64,000 bases of DNA from an uncultured Patescibacteria group bacterium (lineage in GTDB: Bacteria > Patescibacteriota > Patescibacteriia > Veblenbacterales > UBA10138). Positions 1 to 8,745 of this stretch are shown here, in pieces. Position 1 is the stretch's first letter, and each line of letters starts with the position of its first letter. The notes beneath the pieces were generated by a model. The model made no database searches. It was given only the letters and a program-made list of their open reading frames with translations, and was not told where the DNA came from. The DNA lies in the NCBI GenBank assembly GCA_937929825.1, contig CALFUV010000008.1:11838-75837 (forward strand), given 5' to 3'. The translations under genes and the position numbers were made by a program.

Positions 1-1345
1 ATGCTACCTTACCGGCTTCGCGTAATAGATAATGGTTGGCGTAAACTGGCAATAGATACTTTGGTTTAACTTGACGAATAAGCAATTTGATATCTTCAAT
101 TAGTGCATGTCCGCCACCGTGTACATCCATAATTTCTTTATGTACTACATGATCGCATTGGCGGTAAAGACTGTCTTTCAATCTTTGTATGGTTCGTTCG
201 TTGCCGGGAATCACAGAAGAGGAAAATATTATGGTATCGTTTTTTTTAATCTTAATATATTTATGTTCGCCGGTGGCAATTCGCATTAGCACTGCTCTGT
301 CTTCTCCTTGGGCGCCGGTACAAACAACCACCACTTTATTATCTGGATATTCATGGATTTTTTTAACATCAATAATGGTATTTTTTTGGAATTTTAAATA
401 ACCTATTTTTTTAGCTATTTCCACGTTCATTTTCATAGAGTAGCCATCAAGCGCTACTTTTTTGCCTAGTTGTTCAGAAATATTAATTAACCAACCTACC
501 CGTTCCACCATAGAGGCAAAAGTAGCAATAATCACCCGGCCGGGAGCTTTTTCCAATAAAGCTTTGATATTGCGAAAAATTTCTATCTCGGATATTTGAC
601 TACCTTCTTTGGTGGAACCTAAAGATTCCATCATAAGTACTGAAGGTGTTTGGCGTGTATTCCAACGAGCCAGATGCGAAAAATCAGTTGGCTTGCCGGT
701 TACGGGATTAAGATCATAACGCCAATCACCCGGATGAATAACATTAGCCGATGGTGTTTGAATAATAACTCCCAGCGCATCCATAATACTGTGAGTGACG
801 TCAAAGAATCCCACTTTTATTTTACCTAAAGTCAAAGTTTCATTGGTAGATTTTATTTCATAGGCTTTAAGATAGCGTTGTAGTTTTGATTCTTCTAAGC
901 GTCTTCTTACTAAAGCCAAAGTCATGCGTGAGGCGTAAACCGTAGGCCAACCTAAACGAGGTAAGAGATGAGGCGCTGCTCCAATATGGTCTAAGTGACC
1001 GTGTGATAAAATAACCCCGCGAATATTTCTTTCTTTACCTTTGAGGTAGCGAATGTCGGGAATTATATAATCCACCCCCGGCATATCTTCCTCGGGAAAT
1101 TGCAGGCCCATATCTAAAATCACAATATCATGACCATATTCAAAAATGGTCATATTACGCCCAACTTCTTCTTGGCCGCCTAAAGGAATTATCTTTAATT
1201 TGTTGTCAGTTTGCGGCCATGGCTGGTTAGAAATATTTTTTGATTTAGGTCCGGTTGTTGCCAGAGCTGGCCTTTGTCCGATAAAACGAGTTTCGTCACG
1301 TCGCTGACGTGTGAAATATTTATTATTGAATTTTGTAGCTGTCAT
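1..1345 (-). CDS. rnj: Ribonuclease J (metallo-beta-lactamase/beta-CASP), 3' end runs off the window
   Basis: Not in the ORF track. Manual reverse-strand translation from ATG at 1345 gives KIIPLGGQEEVGRNMT, LSHGHLDHIGA, VTHSI, HPGDW, CTGAQGE, SSSVIPGNE and VHGGGH, all RNase J motifs. Confidence 0.95.
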   Translation of the reverse strand, partial: MTATKFNNKYFTRQRRDETRFIGQRPALATTGPKSKNISNQPWPQTDNKLKIIPLGGQEEVGRNMTIFEYGHDIVILDMGLQFPEEDMPGVDYIIPDIRYLKGKERNIRGVILSHGHLDHIGAAPHLLPRLGWPTVYASRMTLALVRRRLEESKLQRYLKAYEIKSTNETLTLGKIKVGFFDVTHSIMDALGVIIQTPSANVIHPGDWRYDLNPVTGKPTDFSHLARWNTRQTPSVLMMESLGSTKEGSQISEIEIFRNIKALLEKAPGRVIIATFASMVERVGWLINISEQLGKKVALDGYSMKMNVEIAKKIGYLKFQKNTIIDVKKIHEYPDNKVVVVCTGAQGEDRAVLMRIATGEHKYIKIKKNDTIIFSSSVIPGNERTIQRLKDSLYRQCDHVVHKEIMDVHGGGHALIEDIKLLIRQVKPKYLLPVYANHYLLREAGKVA

Positions 1346-1401
1346 AAATTATTTAATAATTAGTGTTTTAAATGTATATTTATATTTCAGTTATTAGCAT
1401 T

Positions 1402-1488
1402 TGGTGGGCAAGGAGGGATTTGAACCCTCACGACCTTGCGGTCACACGGCCCTGAACCGTGCGCGTATGCCAGTTCCGCCACTTGCCC
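1402..1488 (-). tRNA. tRNA-Leu(CAG)
   Basis: Reverse complement GGGCAAGTGGCGGAACTGGCATACGCG-CACGG TTCAGGG CCGTG, long variable arm, GGGTTCAAATCCC, CTTGCCC-A-CCA. Confidence 0.96.
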
Positions 1489-1527
1489 TCCAAATGCTAA
1501 TACTTAATTCTTTTTTTAAAAATATTT

Positions 1528-3285
1528 TTAATCAATTAAAGTTCTAACGGTTTTTTTATACCATTTGGGCGTATCCCAAAATCTTTCTGCTGGTTGCCCC
1601 ATTATTAATCTGGCAAAACCTTTAATGGAATTATTTTGAACATAACTGTAATTTAGACTGTAAAGAAAAGTAGCTGGACTTTCTTGTCGTAATATGTTTA
1701 AGAATTTGATATATTTTTCTTGACGCGCTTCCATTTCAGAAATTTGTCTGGCCTCAACTAATAACTGATCTGCTTCTCTATTTTGAAATTGAGCTAAATT
1801 TAATCCCGGTGAAGCAATTTGTGATGAGTGCCAGAATGGGTACGGATCTGGATCAAGTCCCATAACTTGAGTAATAAGAATCGCTTCATAATTACGAGGA
1901 TTGATGACATCATTCATTAAAAATAACGGCGCCACTGGTTTTATTTCTGTTTGTACACCTACTTCTGCCCATTGTCTTTTGATTTCATTGGCCACTTGTA
2001 TTTGTTCGTCATAATCAATTACGGTTAAAGAAATTTTTAATTCCTCGCCATCTTTCATTAGATAATTATTTTGTCCCGAGCGAGTATAACCTGCTTTTTC
2101 AAATAGTTGAAGGCTTTTTGTTTGATCGTAAGTAATAGCACCAGCACTGGTGCGATTTTTTAATTCACCAAACACAAAAGGGCCGATAGCTGGTTGGGCT
2201 TTACCAGATAAGGCTCGTTGAATAAGGGCTGGGCGATTAATTGCGTAGCTGAGCGCTTGTCTGATAGAAGGATCTCGAAGAGCGTTGTTAGTGTTAGGGT
2301 TGTAAAAAATAGCAGTGTATTGAGGAAGCGTGATATCGTAAATAATAAAACGACGTGGGTTTAGACTGGCTTTTTCGCGAATAGAAAGATCTCCTAGGGC
2401 ATCAATTGAGCCTTGTCGCAGAGCTTCAAGTGCATTGGTCATATTTGGAAAAAATTTCAAGTTTAATTTTTTGAAATACGTTTTTTCGTTGACGGAATAA
2501 GGGTTTTGTTCTAATGAATAACTTCGCAGGTTGCCTTGTCCATCGCGAGTTAGGGAACTAATACGCCAAGGACCAGCACCGATTGGTTTAAGATTTGTTT
2601 CCGTTTGTTGCCATTTTTCATAAGGTATATTTTGCCAAATATGACGAGGAATCAAACCAATTGTTAAAGCGTGCAAGAATGGGGAATAAGGTTCTTTTAA
2701 ATTAAAACTAATAGTTTCTCCATCATCTAAGAGGGAGATATTTATATTACGAAAACTGCCTGCTAAAGGACTAGCCAATTTGGTTTGTTTAGCGCTTTCA
2801 AAAGTAAAAACAGCATCGGCGGCTGTAAGTGGTTGCCCATCAGACCATAGTAATCCGGATTTAATTTTTACAAAGTACGTTTTTTTATCTTGGCTTAATG
2901 ACCACTCTTCAGCTAAATCTTTAATTATTTGACCATTTTCATCAGTACGGAAAAGCCCGCGGTGAGTTAAGAAAACTAGATCAAGATCAGCATCACTGGT
3001 AGCCAGCAGGGGGTTGGCTGTTTTTGGATTTCCTATTACCCCCTCGTTGAATTCTCCGCCTTCTTGAGGAGCTAAAATTGTTTTGTTTTCGTAAATTCTA
3101 TAACCTAAGGCTAGACTGCTGATTAAAATTAATAATGTTAAGTAGAGAGCTATTCTTTTTTCAGTCTGGGAAAGTATTTTTGGTAAAAGTCGGAATTGAT
3201 TTAGTGATGGTAAAATAGGCCCAAAAGCGGGCAGTAAAGAATTTTCAGCTCGATTATAATGGCTGCTGCTAAAACTTTGCCGCAC
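1528..3285 (-). CDS. Family 5 (OppA/DppA-like) peptide-binding protein with N-terminal membrane anchor
   Basis: DLAEEW, WSDGQPLTAADAVFTF, PIGAGPW, RQALSYAINR and PDPYPFWHSSQ motifs. True start uncertain because the frame stays open upstream of the GTG. Confidence 0.88.
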   Translation of the reverse strand: MRQSFSSSHYNRAENSLLPAFGPILPSLNQFRLLPKILSQTEKRIALYLTLLILISSLALGYRIYENKTILAPQEGGEFNEGVIGNPKTANPLLATSDADLDLVFLTHRGLFRTDENGQIIKDLAEEWSLSQDKKTYFVKIKSGLLWSDGQPLTAADAVFTFESAKQTKLASPLAGSFRNINISLLDDGETISFNLKEPYSPFLHALTIGLIPRHIWQNIPYEKWQQTETNLKPIGAGPWRISSLTRDGQGNLRSYSLEQNPYSVNEKTYFKKLNLKFFPNMTNALEALRQGSIDALGDLSIREKASLNPRRFIIYDITLPQYTAIFYNPNTNNALRDPSIRQALSYAINRPALIQRALSGKAQPAIGPFVFGELKNRTSAGAITYDQTKSLQLFEKAGYTRSGQNNYLMKDGEELKISLTVIDYDEQIQVANEIKRQWAEVGVQTEIKPVAPLFLMNDVINPRNYEAILITQVMGLDPDPYPFWHSSQIASPGLNLAQFQNREADQLLVEARQISEMEARQEKYIKFLNILRQESPATFLYSLNYSYVQNNSIKGFARLIMGQPAERFWDTPKWYKKTVRTLID

Positions 3286-3356
3286 CCGGTTAAACGCTCG
3301 GTTTATTATAGTTGTAAGCGCGTTCCATCCTTGGCGCAGCGATTTAATAAATCGCT

Positions 3357-3578
3357 TTAGATTAGTATATTCCAGATGACAAGTCCAAAAAAGATGACAG
3401 TAAAAATAATTGTGCTTATAAAAAGACCTTTTTCCACACCGCGTTTGGTTCGGTAAACATTACCTTCGCCGCCAAAAATACCCCCCAGCCCTGCACCGCG
3501 GTTTTGCAGTAAAATAGATATAATCAAGAGGACCGAAACGGTTACTTGAGCAATTTGCAGATAACGTTCAATATCCAT
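3357..3578 (-). CDS. secG: Preprotein translocase subunit SecG
   Basis: Two TM helices with ILLQNRGAGLGGIFGG...TKRGVEK. Confidence 0.92.
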   Translation of the reverse strand: MDIERYLQIAQVTVSVLLIISILLQNRGAGLGGIFGGEGNVYRTKRGVEKGLFISTIIFTVIFFGLVIWNILI

Positions 3579-3686
3579 CACAATATGATAATCTTATCAG
3601 GTACGAGTATAAATACTTAAGTAACATAACATATCTATATTATTCTGTCAATGCTTTATAATTTAAAAAATTAAATTGGTTATTAA

Positions 3687-5705
3687 ATGGCAAAAGACTT
3701 TAATTTATTAAATGGTCTTAATAAACCACAACAACAGGCAGTTACTATGATAAATGGTCCTGTATTGGTGCTGGCCGGGGCAGGTAGTGGTAAAACAAAA
3801 ACTCTTGTTCATCGTTTGGCATATTTAATTGCCAATGCAGGAGTCTCTCCGGAGAGAATATTGGCCGTTACTTTTACTAATCAGGCAGCCAAAGAGATGC
3901 GACAGCGAGTCCAGGATCTTTTGCCGGGGGAGGTTTCCCGTCAGCCGTTATTGGGGACTTTTCATTCCCTTAGTGCCCGTTGGTTGCGCCAAGAATCTTG
4001 GCGTGTTAATTACCCCATGAATTTTTCAATTTATGATTCTGATGATCAGCTGAGTTTAATAAAGGAGGCTTTAAAAGAGCAAGGAATTGGCTTGAAAGCT
4101 GTTAGTCCCAAAGCTGTTTTGACGGTTATTTCAAGAGCTAAATCAGAATTGGTTACACCGGAAGGTTTTAAAGATTGGACAGAAGACTCCCCATTTTCTA
4201 ATTTAGTTGCTGATATTTACCCTCGTTATCAAAAATTATTAGCACGCGACCGCGCTTTTGATTTTGATGATTTACTTATGAAGATGGTAGAAGTTTGGCA
4301 AACAGATCCCCAGTTGTTAAAAGTTTATCAGGAACGGTATCATTATTTATTAATTGACGAATATCAGGATGTAAATCATGCTCAATATGTTTGGACCAAG
4401 TTGCTTGCTAGCGCTCGGCAAAATTTATGTGTAGTAGGAGATGACTGGCAATCAATTTATTCTTGGCGTGGAGCTGATTTTGGCAATATTTTAAGATTTC
4501 ATGAAGATTATCCTAAAGCCCATGTTATCAAATTGGAGCAGAATTATCGTTCCACTAAAGTGATAATTAAGGCCTCCAATGCTATTATGGCTCAAGCACA
4601 AATGAAGGTGGAAAAAAAATTATGGACCAATAATCCTTTGGGCCAACCATTAAGGATAGTGGCATTAGAGGACGAGGTGGCTGAAGCAAATTTTGTGGTT
4701 GAGGAAATTTTAAAATTTACAAATTCCCCGAAAGAACTTTCTTATGAACCGATTGATGATGTTTTATTGCCATCTATTGGTCATATGCGTCGCTATCATG
4801 GGACAGGAGAAGATTTAAAAGGTTACGCCGTGCTTTATCGTACCAATGCACAAAGCCGTGCCTTAGAAGAAGCTTGTTTGAAAGTAGGCTTGCCTTATCA
4901 GTTGATTGGCGGAATTAGATTTTATGAGCGTAAGGAAATAAAAGACGTTTTGGCTTTTTTGCGCCTGATAATTAACCCTTTTGATGGGCTTAGTTTTCGA
5001 CGAGCCTTGCTTGCCACTGCCAATGGTTTGGGTTTGGTAACCGTTGAAGCTATGCTCATACAGGCTGATAATAAAAAAATATCCCCCTTACAAGTCTGCC
5101 AAGAAAATAGCATTAAAGGAGAACGTGGACGGTTTTTGCGTGAATTTGCTGATTTAATAAATAAATTTTGTCAGGCTGCCCCAAAAGCCAGAGTTTCGGA
5201 AATGATTGATTTAGTGTTGGATAAAAGCGGGCTGGGTAAAGAACTTTTAGAGCAAAGAATTGACGGTGAGACAAGATATGAGAATATTTTGGAATTAAAA
5301 ACTGTAGCTGAAGAAAGAGCATCAGGTATAGGCATAGAATCATTAGCCAATTTTTTGGCAGAAATTGCCTTATGGCAGGATCAGGATGGTTATAAGAATA
5401 ATAAGTGCGGGATTACTTTAATGACATTTCATGCGGCCAAGGGACTGGAATTTGATACTGTATTTATGGTTGGTATGGAAGAAGGTTTGTTTCCACATGC
5501 CTCATCTTTTGCCGATCCAGCTGAACTGGACGAGGAAAGGCGTTTGGCTTATGTTGGTTTAACCCGTGCCCGCCGGCAAGTTTATTGTTTGTATGTTTTT
5601 AACCGTCGTTTATTTGGCTCTCTTAGTCCTAGTTTGCCATCACGCTTTATTACTGAATTGCCGCCAGATTGTGTGGAGTCAGTTATAGCTTCCAGATTTA
5701 TATAA
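3687..5705 (+). CDS. pcrA: ATP-dependent DNA helicase PcrA/UvrD
   Basis: AGAGSGKT, IDEYQD, VGDDWQSIYSWRGA, LEQNYRST, TFHAAKGLEF, EERRLAYVGLTRA. Confidence 0.95.
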   Translation: MAKDFNLLNGLNKPQQQAVTMINGPVLVLAGAGSGKTKTLVHRLAYLIANAGVSPERILAVTFTNQAAKEMRQRVQDLLPGEVSRQPLLGTFHSLSARWLRQESWRVNYPMNFSIYDSDDQLSLIKEALKEQGIGLKAVSPKAVLTVISRAKSELVTPEGFKDWTEDSPFSNLVADIYPRYQKLLARDRAFDFDDLLMKMVEVWQTDPQLLKVYQERYHYLLIDEYQDVNHAQYVWTKLLASARQNLCVVGDDWQSIYSWRGADFGNILRFHEDYPKAHVIKLEQNYRSTKVIIKASNAIMAQAQMKVEKKLWTNNPLGQPLRIVALEDEVAEANFVVEEILKFTNSPKELSYEPIDDVLLPSIGHMRRYHGTGEDLKGYAVLYRTNAQSRALEEACLKVGLPYQLIGGIRFYERKEIKDVLAFLRLIINPFDGLSFRRALLATANGLGLVTVEAMLIQADNKKISPLQVCQENSIKGERGRFLREFADLINKFCQAAPKARVSEMIDLVLDKSGLGKELLEQRIDGETRYENILELKTVAEERASGIGIESLANFLAEIALWQDQDGYKNNKCGITLMTFHAAKGLEFDTVFMVGMEEGLFPHASSFADPAELDEERRLAYVGLTRARRQVYCLYVFNRRLFGSLSPSLPSRFITELPPDCVESVIASRFI

Positions 5706-5710
5706 AAATT

Positions 5711-5742
5711 AAAGCCTCTGTTTATTTAGCGACAGAGGCTTT
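5711..5742. terminator. Bidirectional intrinsic terminator
   Basis: AAAGCCTCTGT / ACAGAGGCTTT stem between convergent genes. Confidence 0.8.
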
Positions 5743-5751
5743 GAAAAATTT

Positions 5752-5892
5752 TTAGGCGCCCACTCCTAGAGTTTCTTCATCAGTAAATATATCATCAATG
5801 TCTATGTGTGGTTTGCGCTGTCTAGGTTTAAACCCCCAGATTAGTAGGTAACTTAATGTTACCAAGCCAAAACTGAAAAGTAACTTTTTCAT
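5752..5892 (-). CDS. 46-aa single-TM small protein
   Basis: Not in the ORF track. MKKLLFSFGLVTLSYLLIWGFKPRQRKPHIDIDDIFTDEETLGVGA, with SD AAGGAG, its own TTGACA-17-TATACT promoter and a downstream terminator. Confidence 0.75.
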   Translation of the reverse strand: MKKLLFSFGLVTLSYLLIWGFKPRQRKPHIDIDDIFTDEETLGVGA

Positions 5893-5939
5893 AGTTCTCC
5901 TTTTAATTTGATGGTTTTTATTTTTTAGGAAAGCTAATT

Positions 5940-5968
5940 AGTATAAAGTTTCTAATGTAATTTGTCAA
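5940..5968 (-). promoter_or_regulatory. Sigma70 promoter of the 46-aa gene
   Basis: TTGACA (5968-5963), 17-bp spacer, TATACT (5945-5940). Confidence 0.75.
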
Positions 5969-5979
5969 GTATTTCCCCA

Positions 5980-7731
5980 TTAACCTAAGTGTTTTTTAAT
6001 AGCAGAGGCGCGGATAGGGCCGAGTATCTTAGCCAAATCTTGTTCACTAGCTTGGCGCAGGATTTTTACACTACCGAAAGCGGCTTTTAATTTTTTCTTA
6101 AATTTAGGTCCAATACCCGGCAGTTCGTCCCAGGCTGATTTTACTGTTTTTTTACGATGAAGTGAACGATAATAATTTATACCAAAACGATGAGCTTCAT
6201 CGCGCAAAGATTCAAGCAATAAAAGTCCGGGCGCATCAGACTCTAATTTAGTTGGCTTTTTTTTATTTGGCAGGTAAAGTAGTTCTTCCTGTTTAGCCAA
6301 GGCTACTAATGGCACATCAATTTTATAAGCTTTGAATATACGCATAACCGTGGATAATTGGCCCCTGCCGCCATCCAGCATTACCAGATCAGGCCGGGGC
6401 CAGTCTTTGTTAGTAAATCGTCTAGCTAATACCTCAGCCATCATTTTAACATCATTAGGTTTGGCTGGTGCCTGAACTTTAAATTTGCGGTATTGTTTTG
6501 TATCAGGCAGGCCATTAGTCAGCACCACCATAGAGCCAACCGCTTCTTTGCCTTGGATATTGGAAATATCATAGCCCTCAATTCTTTTTGGTATGTGAGT
6601 CAAGCCCAACACTTCTTTTAATTGTTTTAATCCTTGCTGAGCGCGCATTTTTTGCCTTTGCCAACTGGCGACGCTTTGCCGCAGATGATTTTGTGCTGTT
6701 TGATTTGCCAGGTTCAATAATTGTTTTTTAAATCCTCGCTCAGGCAGGTTGAAAGATAATTTTTTAATTGATACCCTCTTTAGTTTAATAGGTAAGTATA
6801 TTTTTTTAATCAAATCAGGGGCGGCTATGGAATATTGCTCTAAAAATTCAGTTAAGATTTCAGCTTCAGCTAATCCTTTAGTTTTATCAAGCAGGAATCT
6901 GTCAGCTTCCAACAAGACACCTTTTCTTATTGGCAATCTGGTAACCGATGCCATATCACCACTACGAGCTAGTCCGTAAATATCAAAAGATTCCCGTGAT
7001 GAACTAACCACACTTTGTTTTATCTTTAATCTTTCCAGAGCTCGAAGCTGATCGCGTAATCGGGCGGCATGTTCATAATCCTTATTTTGGGAAGCTTGTT
7101 TCATCTTTGAATTTAATAATTTGGCAACTTGTATAATCTCACCGCGGAGCAGCTGTTCAAAATATTTTAATTGTTGTAAATAATGTTGTCGGCTGTTTCT
7201 ATTAATATCATGACCTAAACAACGTCCAAGTTCAGCCTGAAAGCAGGGTTTATCAGCAGGCAGAGAGCAGGTTTTAAGGCCAAGGGTTTTTTTGAAAAAA
7301 GGAAATAGTTTACGAATTGAACTAGCTGTCACATAAGGTCCGAATAGTTTAATGTGTTTGGTGAGCGTAGGCCGGCGAACGAACTCTACTGGCGGATATT
7401 TCTCCCTATAATCAATGGTAATATACAGCCAGCTTTTATCATCTTTAAGGTCAATATTAAAGGGTGGTTGGTGTTGCTTGATTAAAGTTCTTTCCAAAAG
7501 CAAAGCTTCCGTTTCATTAGAAACTTCAGTAGTTTGCAAATGGTGAATTTGCTTTACCATCAGTTGTTTAGCAGGAGAGAGCTCGGCACCTTTGTGAAAG
7601 TAATAAAGCACCCGGGAGCGCAAAAATTTGGCCTTGCCCACATAGAGAAGCTTGTTTTTTGCGTCAAAAAACTCATAAACACCCGGCTTTTGCGGCAAGT
7701 TTTTTAGCTGTTGTTGTAAAACGGTTGACAT
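5980..7731 (-). CDS. uvrC: Excinuclease ABC subunit C
   Basis: GIY-YIG (PGVYEF...YVGKAK), UVR motif (YEHAARLRD), RIEGYDIS, DGGRGQL, RDEAHRF, HhH LPGIG. Confidence 0.96.
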   Translation of the reverse strand: MSTVLQQQLKNLPQKPGVYEFFDAKNKLLYVGKAKFLRSRVLYYFHKGAELSPAKQLMVKQIHHLQTTEVSNETEALLLERTLIKQHQPPFNIDLKDDKSWLYITIDYREKYPPVEFVRRPTLTKHIKLFGPYVTASSIRKLFPFFKKTLGLKTCSLPADKPCFQAELGRCLGHDINRNSRQHYLQQLKYFEQLLRGEIIQVAKLLNSKMKQASQNKDYEHAARLRDQLRALERLKIKQSVVSSSRESFDIYGLARSGDMASVTRLPIRKGVLLEADRFLLDKTKGLAEAEILTEFLEQYSIAAPDLIKKIYLPIKLKRVSIKKLSFNLPERGFKKQLLNLANQTAQNHLRQSVASWQRQKMRAQQGLKQLKEVLGLTHIPKRIEGYDISNIQGKEAVGSMVVLTNGLPDTKQYRKFKVQAPAKPNDVKMMAEVLARRFTNKDWPRPDLVMLDGGRGQLSTVMRIFKAYKIDVPLVALAKQEELLYLPNKKKPTKLESDAPGLLLLESLRDEAHRFGINYYRSLHRKKTVKSAWDELPGIGPKFKKKLKAAFGSVKILRQASEQDLAKILGPIRASAIKKHLG

Positions 7732-7762
7732 AGATTAATTTAAGTATAGCTTAAACTGCTTA

Positions 7763-7791
7763 TTGACATCTTTATTTTAAAAGCGTATTCT
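7763..7791 (+). promoter_or_regulatory. Sigma70 promoter of the two-gene orphan unit
   Basis: TTGACA-17-TATTCT. Confidence 0.65.
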
Positions 7792-7846
7792 AGTTTACTA
7801 CATAAAAATAAATAAATTAATTAAAAATAAATAAAAGGAGCTTAAC

Positions 7847-8341
7847 ATGAAGGACATAATAGAATTCAGTATGACACCAATGCCTAAATTGGTGTATTTG
7901 TGGAAGCTTGTCTCAGGCTTTATTTGGGTAATTTTGTTGATTTTATTCAATAACACCAATCAAGATTTTAGCCCTATAATCGCGACATTGGTGGTTATGG
8001 CAGTAAGTAATTTTATGATGATTTTAGTTTTACTGGCGACTACTAGTTTATTAAAAAACATTAAATATTTTATAGAAAAACTGATGGAGATAGGAAATAT
8101 GTCGCTACTATCTTTATCGGTAGGTAGCTTAGTGTTTATAGCCATTAATTCTATAGCACCGTTAAAAGTTAGTCTTATGGTAGCCTCCATGATTACCAGT
8201 ATTGTATTTTCTAGTGTAGTAGTTTACATGAGCACTAAGCTTCTCAATGGTAATTATATAAAGGTGGGTGCAGTTAATATGTGGTCAGTAATACTTCAAG
8301 CAGCCATAATGTACGGTACTATATTTCTTTTGGGATTTTAA
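7847..8341 (+). CDS. Hypothetical multi-pass membrane protein
   Basis: About 5 hydrophobic segments; SD AAGGAG; very AT-rich. Confidence 0.7.
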   Translation: MKDIIEFSMTPMPKLVYLWKLVSGFIWVILLILFNNTNQDFSPIIATLVVMAVSNFMMILVLLATTSLLKNIKYFIEKLMEIGNMSLLSLSVGSLVFIAINSIAPLKVSLMVASMITSIVFSSVVVYMSTKLLNGNYIKVGAVNMWSVILQAAIMYGTIFLLGF

Positions 8342-8374
8342 ACAAAATTATTAACCAATTAAACAGGAGTTAAG

Positions 8375-8620
8375 ATGAGTTCAGCAAGTTTAACAGAGGA
8401 AATGATTGACCCTCAAGCCTGGAAAGGCAAGCTTCTTTATCAATTGATGGAAGATTGCCAGGCCACAGGTGTGTGGGACGGTATTATAAGGGTTGGCTCG
8501 CCGGCAACTCATGAAGAAAAAGAACGGATGGCCAAATTTTCACCCATGCCAGAAGTTCAGGAGCAATTAGTGCTTCAACAAAAAGCCGGCGTCCCTGTTG
8601 GTGTTTTAGAAGCCCTTTAA
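8375..8620 (+). CDS. Hypothetical small protein
   Basis: 81 aa; SD CAGGAG; followed by a terminator. Confidence 0.65.
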   Translation: MSSASLTEEMIDPQAWKGKLLYQLMEDCQATGVWDGIIRVGSPATHEEKERMAKFSPMPEVQEQLVLQQKAGVPVGVLEAL

Positions 8621-8642
8621 AAAGGGGCGAATAAGTTTATTT

Positions 8643-8666
8643 AAGGGTAGCAAAAGCTGCCCTTTT
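8643..8666 (+). terminator. Intrinsic terminator
   Basis: AAGGGTAGC-AAAA-GCTGCCCTT followed by T-rich sequence. Confidence 0.65.
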
Positions 8667-8745
8667 ATTATTTCTTTCCTAACTTTAGCTTTAGCTCTTG
8701 ACCTCTCTTGACAGCGGGTGTAAAATTAATCAGCTTTACGTGCGT

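Noticed and set aside
107-401. Plus-strand ORFs at the window start
   Set aside because: Antisense shadows of RNase J.
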